64,000 nt of DNA, from positions 74,716 to 138,715 of the IMG/VR virus record IMGVR_UViG_3300026258_000271; one strand, given 5' to 3'. Under the pieces are notes generated by a model. That model worked only from the letters and a program-made list of their open reading frames with translations. It did not search any database and was not told the DNA's origin. The position numbers and the translations under genes were made by a program. Source of the stretch: a virus (Duplodnaviria; Caudoviricetes). Positions 20,229 through 26,331 of the stretch are shown here, in pieces (the stretch's first letter is position 1; every line of letters starts with the position of its first letter).

Positions 20229-21034
20229 TACTGTTCTAGTATTTTCGCCACACCAACATTTTTTCCATCCTGTTTTGCCACATGTATAAAATTGGTGCTG
20301 TCTAAATTCAATTTGTCACATATCTCGTTATAGTGGTTTATGTGTGTTGCCCATGGATAATCAACGTGAATGTTATCAAAAATGTAATCTGCACAATTTA
20401 TTACGTTTTGATTGATCCAGTTGGTGTTATGATTTCTCACAGTAATTGGGTCAATTGTCTTTTGTTTTGAAAGTCTTATGCCAAACTTGTTCCATTCAAA
20501 TCCTGATTTTGTTATACTGAATGCAATACTTTTAATGTTAGGATGAGATATATCTAAACCAAAATTTTTTGTTGCAGTGTACCAAGCGGCATCTATGTGT
20601 ATTTCAATATTTTTACTCTCACATGTCTTTGTAAAATCATCCCAATCTGGCCTAGTGTTTCCAAAATTGTAATTAGGCAAAGATACCAAAACAATGCTGT
20701 TAGGCTGTAACTGATCAATAGGGGTACCTTTCATTCCAAAAAGCGAATAATAGGAGTACTCGTTTTCAAGAACTTGGTATGTTTTTTCCCTGGAAATAAA
20801 ATTGTTTATAAAATCTGTGCAACCGTAAGTCAAATCTGTTTTGAGATCTTGGGTGTTTGTAACTGTGTTCAGTTTACTATCTAAAAACCATTCCTTTGCT
20901 TTGTTCTTGATCTCTCCTGCAGAAACTATTTTGCTGTTCACTGAGTTGAACCAATCACTTTTAATTTGTGTAATTTTTTTGTCATTGAAATGAAAAAGTT
21001 TTTCTGTAAGTGATTCTTTACGAATATCTGGCAT
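20225..21034 (-). CDS. PLP-dependent (fold type I)-like enzyme
   Basis: IHIDAAW and SIAFSITK motifs (PLP-binding Asp and Schiff-base Lys). The start is probably the ATG at 21034 (MPDIRK); the track uses 21052. Confidence 0.55.
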   Translation of the reverse strand: MPDIRKESLTEKLFHFNDKKITQIKSDWFNSVNSKIVSAGEIKNKAKEWFLDSKLNTVTNTQDLKTDLTYGCTDFINNFISREKTYQVLENEYSYYSLFGMKGTPIDQLQPNSIVLVSLPNYNFGNTRPDWDDFTKTCESKNIEIHIDAAWYTATKNFGLDISHPNIKSIAFSITKSGFEWNKFGIRLSKQKTIDPITVRNHNTNWINQNVINCADYIFDNIHVDYPWATHINHYNEICDKLNLDSTNFIHVAKQDGKNVGVAKILEQY

Positions 21035-21563
21035 AAAGACTGATCCTCCCATCCTGTGTTACTTCATCTACTCCATGAACACTGTGTTCGTTGTTTAACA
21101 ATGCATATCCTTTATTTTTTTCAAAATCAAATGTGTGCAACTTTTTTTTATTTTTTCCATAAAGGCTAGTGCCAACACTATTGTTAGATAGATAGATCTG
21201 CAGATGCAGTTTGATTGTTGGATCATCAACGTGAGGTGTCAAGGAATAACCTTTACCGTCAATCCACACATCAAGCGAACTGAATTTTAGATCTATGTTA
21301 AATTTTTTCTTTAGGGCCTGAGTTATCTTAGAATTCATAAAAAAAATTTTAAGTTTCTTCATGTCTATATCATCATCTCTCAACTTAACACGATTTGAAT
21401 CTTTTTGTTTTTCCAATTTTTCAAAACTTTTTTTATTATCCAACGTCAAGTTGAAACTATTACCAAAAAAATTATTATATTCTTGGTAAACTAAACCGTC
21501 TAAATTTACCAAAGGTGTATTTTCTATTGACAAAACCACTTCTTGTGTGCTTAAATTAAACAT
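21018..21563 (-). CDS. 2OG-Fe(II) oxygenase
   Basis: H-x-D (PHVDD), distal His (SVHGV) and R-x-S (RIS) motifs. Confidence 0.8.
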   Translation of the reverse strand: MFNLSTQEVVLSIENTPLVNLDGLVYQEYNNFFGNSFNLTLDNKKSFEKLEKQKDSNRVKLRDDDIDMKKLKIFFMNSKITQALKKKFNIDLKFSSLDVWIDGKGYSLTPHVDDPTIKLHLQIYLSNNSVGTSLYGKNKKKLHTFDFEKNKGYALLNNEHSVHGVDEVTQDGRISLYARYS

Positions 21564-21607
21564 ATGTTAATTAATTATATCGTACGAACATAGGAAGGAC
21601 AATTAAT

Positions 21608-21799
21608 ATGTCACAAACACATGAATCGATCATGACAGAGATTCAAACTTACTCTGAAGAGAACAGCAAGTTCACAGAGAAAGGCGTTAAGGCTTCGGCT
21701 ACTAGAGCCAGAAAAGCATTAGCAAATCTTTCTAAATTGATCAAAGCAAGAAGAAAAGAAATTCAGGAAGTTAAGAACGCGGCAAAAACTGCGGCGTAA
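21608..21799 (+). CDS. Small basic histone H1-like (Hc1-family) protein
   Basis: 63 aa with KGVKASATRARKALANLSKLIKARRKEI; SD AGGA upstream; followed by its own terminator. Confidence 0.6.
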   Translation: MSQTHESIMTEIQTYSEENSKFTEKGVKASATRARKALANLSKLIKARRKEIQEVKNAAKTAA

Positions 21800-21823
21800 T
21801 TAATATTGAATTGCAATTCTTAG

Positions 21824-21856
21824 AACCCTCGGCTTTTACTAGTCGGGGGTTTTTTA
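21824..21856 (+). terminator. Intrinsic terminator
   Basis: AACCCTCGGCT-tttact-AGTCGGGGGTT followed by a T-run, between convergent genes. Confidence 0.8.
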
Positions 21857-22726
21857 TTTGCACGTTCCACACATTGTAAGACAAGTGGGTATGTAATTTT
21901 TTTGTTTGATTGTGCTCAGTATATCTACTGAAGTGTGTTCTGTCTTTTCCAAATAACAACAAGGTGTAAGTCTACCCAAGGCACTTAGAAAAAGACTTTT
22001 CAATGCTAAATGCATACAGTCCTTTGTCTGCACTGTGTTGTTTTCAACACCGAGAGTGTTCTTGTGCAGTATACCATCTTTCCTTTCCCATTGTTTGCGA
22101 TGTCCTGACCATGGTTCTATTTTTACAGGCTCTCCTGTTCTATAGTCAAATGCCTTTTTATGATATCTTGCATTTTTAATAAATTCGAATCTTCGAAATC
22201 CAAGTTTGGCGGACATCCTCATACAGTCCTTAATTTGGTGTTCGTTGTGTTTGAACGGAATAAACTGCCAAACTGCTTTTCCGCCTGCTTGTATAAATGA
22301 GGTTGCGTTACCGATAACCTTTTTCCAATTGGTACCTTGTCTGTAAATGCTGTGAGTGTCTTCTAATCCATCCAAAGCAAACCAAACTTCCAAATCGGGT
22401 AGTCTATCCGGAAGTTCTTTCCACCATTTTTTTGTCCGTAAACTGCCGTTGGTCTGTAATTGGACCGATACTCCGGCCTTTGCCAATACATCTATATGCT
22501 TGTCAATTAGTTTACCTGCACAAGGATCACCATAAACTCCGCATAGTTGCACAGTCTCCAAAGACGGCAACTTTGCTATTGTGTCGGACAACTTATCAAC
22601 CGGCAGGTCCGTGACCTTCACACCGCTGAGTCCATAGCCGAAATTGTTACGTCCACATCCACTGCACCATGCGTTGCATCTAGTGGATGGTTCAACGTGT
22701 AACCATTTAATATCTTGTAGATGCAT
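21854..22726 (-). CDS. Radical SAM protein with a C-terminal Cys cluster (twitch/SPASM-like)
   Basis: CNAWCSGC (CxxxCxxC), GDP and TNG motifs; C-terminal C...PCC...CxxxC. Confidence 0.85.
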   Translation of the reverse strand: MHLQDIKWLHVEPSTRCNAWCSGCGRNNFGYGLSGVKVTDLPVDKLSDTIAKLPSLETVQLCGVYGDPCAGKLIDKHIDVLAKAGVSVQLQTNGSLRTKKWWKELPDRLPDLEVWFALDGLEDTHSIYRQGTNWKKVIGNATSFIQAGGKAVWQFIPFKHNEHQIKDCMRMSAKLGFRRFEFIKNARYHKKAFDYRTGEPVKIEPWSGHRKQWERKDGILHKNTLGVENNTVQTKDCMHLALKSLFLSALGRLTPCCYLEKTEHTSVDILSTIKQKNYIPTCLTMCGTCK

Positions 22727-23131
22727 TTATTTCAATATGCCTTTACCGTGTACCCTTACACGTATATGCCCATTGTAGTAATCGTTTGTTTCTAGCACCT
22801 TACGTGCAAACTGCTCACGTGCCTCAACGTAAGATAGTTCTGCTTTGGACTTGCAGAAAAAAAGTATTTCTCTCTTGAACTTGTCCTTGCCTAGTTTATT
22901 AACATCCATAGTGAGATCATCACTTGACCCGTAATAGTCTTGCCAATCAGAATTAACCTTGTATCTACGCTTGTTCTTTCTGCCTTTCAGTGGTGGTCTG
23001 GATCTTTTAAATCTAGCAAGTTTCTTACCTACGTACATCCTACCGTTGGTTGTATTTGTAATAAGGTACACAAATCCCACAACGTTTTCTGGCATATTGG
23101 TAATTTCATTTCCTTGATAAGTCCAATGCAT
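22727..23131 (-). CDS. Free-standing GIY-YIG endonuclease (T4 endonuclease II/Seg-like)
   Basis: GFVYLITN...MYVGKK, YYGSS, FKREIL, conserved Glu and YYN. The likely start is the ATG at 23131, 5 nt after a minus-strand TAAATA (23142-23137). Confidence 0.8.
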   Translation of the reverse strand: MHWTYQGNEITNMPENVVGFVYLITNTTNGRMYVGKKLARFKRSRPPLKGRKNKRRYKVNSDWQDYYGSSDDLTMDVNKLGKDKFKREILFFCKSKAELSYVEAREQFARKVLETNDYYNGHIRVRVHGKGILK

Positions 23132-23185
23132 AGCCATATTTAAAGCCAAAAAGATTGACCTACAAAGAAAACTCATATAAACATA

Positions 23186-23600
23186 TGCGATAGGCACATC
23201 TCAATTTCAATCAGGCAAACATAGCATCGCAACCAGTGAGCAAGGAAATGCGGCAGAAATGCGACAGGTGAATCCTTAGATGCAGACAGCAAAAAATGAT
23301 GAGGCTCCTAGAAAAAGATAGACCTCAGATTTACCAAGAACCATTATACAGGGGTTTGGTAGATTCGCGTTGTAATGAATGAGCAAACGGGTACAGCACA
23401 ACCGCCCGACGCAAGTAGCGATGTATAGTGACTGTGAACTCACCACAGAGTTTAGTCAGTTCGGCTAGAGATAGCCGAATTGTGACTGCTCATCTACCAC
23501 AGAGAACGCATACTGCGTTCAAGTTTTTTACAACTGCGTAAGTTAAAAAAAGAAACGAGCGTAAGCGAAGTTTCAGATGGCGTAAGCCGTCTCTGAATCA
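23186..23600 (+). ncRNA. Candidate large structured non-coding RNA and/or replication-origin element
   Basis: ORF-free gap of about 480 bp in an otherwise packed genome. It holds at least 9 local or nested helices, GNRA tetraloops (GAGA, GTAA) and G-U pairs consistent with the plus strand, with a promoter-like TTGACC...TATAAA/TAAACA at 23155-23183. Confidence 0.6.
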
Positions 23601-23615
23601 GCAGTAAGTATTAGC

Positions 23616-24389
23616 ATGGAACTACTATTCGATCACACTTTCGGCAAACAGGAACAGCAGGACCTAGTGATATGCAAACCCATGGCCATAGTGGACCATG
23701 ACGAGGAGGCGGAGGCATTGGACCGAGGCTGGCTGGCGCTGGACCACCCCATAGACAAGCACAAAGAAGTTTTCTACCAATCACGTAGCACACGCATAAA
23801 CATGGACCTGTACCGTCCCAGATACAAGTCACACACCTACAATGGTGAGCAGATAGGCGTAAAGGTTATCGACGCATCTGAGATGGTTAAACTGTTGTCG
23901 CTACCGCACATCTACAAGCAGTACATGAAGCGGAAAAATTTTGGCGCGGACTACGACCCGTTCGCACACTATCACAAGCGTGACCAGTTCATGGTGTTCT
24001 ACCTGGGCACCGCTGACAACATTGTGGGATTCACCAAACAGAAGAGATACAGGTTCCAGGAGGACAACTACTCGACCATAGACACCTTTGACTCACAGGA
24101 CCTGGCGGGACTGGAGAGCGTGATACACGCCAACACCATACCCATATCGGACATCACGCTGGACATGGAGATCGAGTGGGCCAGCAATCACTACGTGAGG
24201 TACTTCTACATGGGTTCGGGGTATGAGCAGAGCTCGGAATACAAGGCCAACTACAAGGGATTCGAATGGTGGACCGGCACCGAGTGGAGCACCAACAAGA
24301 AGCAGTATCGTAGATTGTGTCGCAGGGACAGTAAACTCACTGAGTTTTCCGCTCTCGGAAACCTTTCACTGATTCCAGATAAGTCTTAG
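23616..24389 (+). CDS. ATE/Bpt-like aminoacyl-tRNA--protein transferase
   Basis: ALDRGW, QSRSTRI and C-terminal YFYMGSGYEQSSEYKANYKGFEWW resemble the ATE_C motif Y-L-G-Y-x6-YK-x2-Y-x2-E. Confidence 0.65.
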   Translation: MELLFDHTFGKQEQQDLVICKPMAIVDHDEEAEALDRGWLALDHPIDKHKEVFYQSRSTRINMDLYRPRYKSHTYNGEQIGVKVIDASEMVKLLSLPHIYKQYMKRKNFGADYDPFAHYHKRDQFMVFYLGTADNIVGFTKQKRYRFQEDNYSTIDTFDSQDLAGLESVIHANTIPISDITLDMEIEWASNHYVRYFYMGSGYEQSSEYKANYKGFEWWTGTEWSTNKKQYRRLCRRDSKLTEFSALGNLSLIPDKS

Positions 24390-24855
24390 ACCAGTTCCGG
24401 TAATAGGGACCTGACTCCAGCATTTTAGAAAATCTGTTCAACTTGCTCAAACTTTGCACGAGGAACAGCGTGTACTCGCCGTTGTTGAGTTTCACGTGTC
24501 GCACACTCTCGTCGATCCCAGGATGGTCCTCCAGTATCACCACGTCACGGGGCATCTGTTTTTCGTTGAACCATTCCGCCATGCTCACAGTCTGTTCCGC
24601 GGTGAACGTGTCCGGATCACAAATGATGCAGAGCACGTCCTTGTCCCTGCTGTCATACTGACATATGTGCCTGTACACCTGGCGCCAGTCTGCGTCACGT
24701 GGTATCTCCACGAATGCTACCTTGTCCTCTATGATCGCCTTCTGTGCGAACGGACAGGGTGGCAGGTTGCCGAAGACGGGATTTGGTTTCGTGACGAAAT
24801 CCTTAATCCAGTTCTTTATCTTCTGTGTCGGGGTCTGTTTCTTCTGTTGAGTCAT
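24337..24855 (-). CDS. DUF1415-like hypothetical protein
   Basis: W-I-x-x-F-V...LPPCPFA and EDHP motifs resemble DUF1415; overlaps the ATE-like gene tail-to-tail by 53 bp. Confidence 0.5.
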   Translation of the reverse strand: MTQQKKQTPTQKIKNWIKDFVTKPNPVFGNLPPCPFAQKAIIEDKVAFVEIPRDADWRQVYRHICQYDSRDKDVLCIICDPDTFTAEQTVSMAEWFNEKQMPRDVVILEDHPGIDESVRHVKLNNGEYTLFLVQSLSKLNRFSKMLESGPYYRNWSKTYLESVKGFRERKTQ

Positions 24856-25120
24856 CCGTCAGTGATTTGATCCTTTCAAGTGCCTGTTCAAGCAGTCGTT
24901 CCTTGGTCTCCAGTCGGGCCTCCAGGTCTGCCATCTTCTTGTTCTGCTCACCTATCTTGTGGCCCATGCTCTGCACGTCGTCTGTTGCGTGTTCGAGTTT
25001 TATCATGACCTGCCTCATACGGCTCTCCTTGGTCTTGCACTTCGCCAGGGCATCATCTCGGTCCTGTGTGAGTTCCTTGATGTTTTCCTTAAGTTCTCGA
25101 ACTAGATCTCGTTCTGACAT
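24803..25120 (-). CDS. Coiled-coil hypothetical protein
   Basis: 105 aa of heptad-rich sequence with an acidic tail; minus-strand TAATTA 9 nt upstream. Confidence 0.65.
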   Translation of the reverse strand: MSERDLVRELKENIKELTQDRDDALAKCKTKESRMRQVMIKLEHATDDVQSMGHKIGEQNKKMADLEARLETKERLLEQALERIKSLTDDSTEETDPDTEDKELD

Positions 25121-25171
25121 AATGTTCTGTAATTATCTGCTTTTTCAAACACCATTATAGTATACTATATT

Positions 25172-25393
25172 CTAGAAGAAAGGCTGACCACTTTTTTTGG
25201 TAGTTTCCAAGTTATCTTTTACCAGTTGTGCAATGATTTCACGTTCTGTTGGGCTCAAAGCGGAGGCTTCTGAGTAGGTCATTCCGCCACGCATGTACCA
25301 ACATATCTTCATGAGTTCATGTTTGTACTCTTTTTGGGAGTTTTCCATGTCCTTCAAAGTTTTTATAATTTCAGAATTCGTTTGTGAAAGCAA
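25172..25393 (-). CDS. gp51: gp51-like baseplate hub/tail assembly chaperone (probably the -1 frameshift extension of gp26)
   Basis: CWYMRGGMTYSEASALSPTEREII resembles gp51-like motifs. It has a TTG start with no SD and is in the -1 frame relative to the upstream gene. Confidence 0.55.
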   Translation of the reverse strand: MLSQTNSEIIKTLKDMENSQKEYKHELMKICWYMRGGMTYSEASALSPTEREIIAQLVKDNLETTKKSGQPFF

Positions 25394-25395
25394 GG

Positions 25396-26250
25396 TTATA
25401 CGAAAAAATTTGCGTTGTCAAAACTCACTGGTATCTCGTAATTTGTAGGTGCACCTTTTTTGATCTGTTCTTCGGTGGCCTTCAACTTCAATGGTTTGAC
25501 AGCACCCTGCGATCTCAACTCAATCATCTTTGTTTCGATCTCTTTGATGATTTTTGCATTCGCTTTGTCGAAGAACTCTTTGATTTGTGCGGGATCAGTC
25601 ACCTCAGTGCCATCCGGCATCACGATGCTTTGCATATTTTTCAACAACACATTTGAATTCAGTTCTGTTAATTTTTTAAATGCCTCATTGAACCTAGTGG
25701 TCTTCTCTTCGTCTGCCATCTGTGAGTCCGACACTGCGGTATACATCTTCTGCTGTTGGAAAGTCTGCAAAGATGTCTGTGTCATGTCTTTGTATGTCAA
25801 TGGTCTTACTTTAACTCTCAGTCCGTCGTCCAGTGTGACCTCTGTCAAGATCTTCTCGGCTTTGATGTCTTCAAGCAGTGCTGGAAGATTTACCGAATGA
25901 TTCACTGTTTCATTTGCCCCAGGAACAACGAAACTCATGTCCATTGTCTCACCGTATGTGGCTATCCTGATTGCTATCAATATAGTGTCCAAATCATAAC
26001 TTTGGATCTGCCATGCGTCCTTGATATCTGGACAACAACTTTGTATAACGTCAACAACTCCCTGGCCGTTCATGAGTGCGTCTGGTGTTTTGAACCTGAT
26101 TTCATCCTTGGCCGTCATTGGCATCACTCCCAATTCGCCTGTCTGTGAGGGTGTTACCACGTGTGGTGGATAGTTGGTGCCCGAAGGCAGTGATACATAC
26201 AGGGCCGGTTGCCTGAAATACTTGTTAAGTGGATTGCTATTTTCTGTCAT
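25396..26250 (-). CDS. gp26: gp26-like baseplate hub/tail assembly chaperone
   Basis: YVSLPSG, PMTAKDE, DLDTILIAIRIATYG and a C-terminal NFF, typical of gp26-like proteins; divergent from the tape measure gene. Confidence 0.7.
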   Translation of the reverse strand: MTENSNPLNKYFRQPALYVSLPSGTNYPPHVVTPSQTGELGVMPMTAKDEIRFKTPDALMNGQGVVDVIQSCCPDIKDAWQIQSYDLDTILIAIRIATYGETMDMSFVVPGANETVNHSVNLPALLEDIKAEKILTEVTLDDGLRVKVRPLTYKDMTQTSLQTFQQQKMYTAVSDSQMADEEKTTRFNEAFKKLTELNSNVLLKNMQSIVMPDGTEVTDPAQIKEFFDKANAKIIKEIETKMIELRSQGAVKPLKLKATEEQIKKGAPTNYEIPVSFDNANFFV

Positions 26251-26260
26251 TTTTTTATTC

Positions 26261-26301
26261 TATAAATATACACTAACAGCGTATAAGTGTCAATATTTAT
26301 A
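26261..26301. promoter_or_regulatory. Crossed pair of late promoters
   Basis: TATAAATA (+, 26261-26268) and TATAAATA (-, 26301-26294) form the arms of an imperfect inverted repeat. Confidence 0.65.
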
Positions 26302-26331
26302 TGCGTATAAAAAGGTGCAAAATAAAGTCAT

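Noticed and set aside
23428-23586. CRISPR or TIGR-type array
   Set aside because: There are only 2-3 short repeat copies with very short variable parts, and no Cas or Nop-domain gene is recognisable in the window.
23186-23600. Group I intron, RNase P RNA, tmRNA or tRNA identity for the structured element
   Set aside because: It interrupts no gene. Fragments resembling the consensus motifs (GATGTATAGT, GAGCAA, CCACAGAG) are not in the required order, and no tRNA or tmRNA ends are present. A covariance-model search is still needed.
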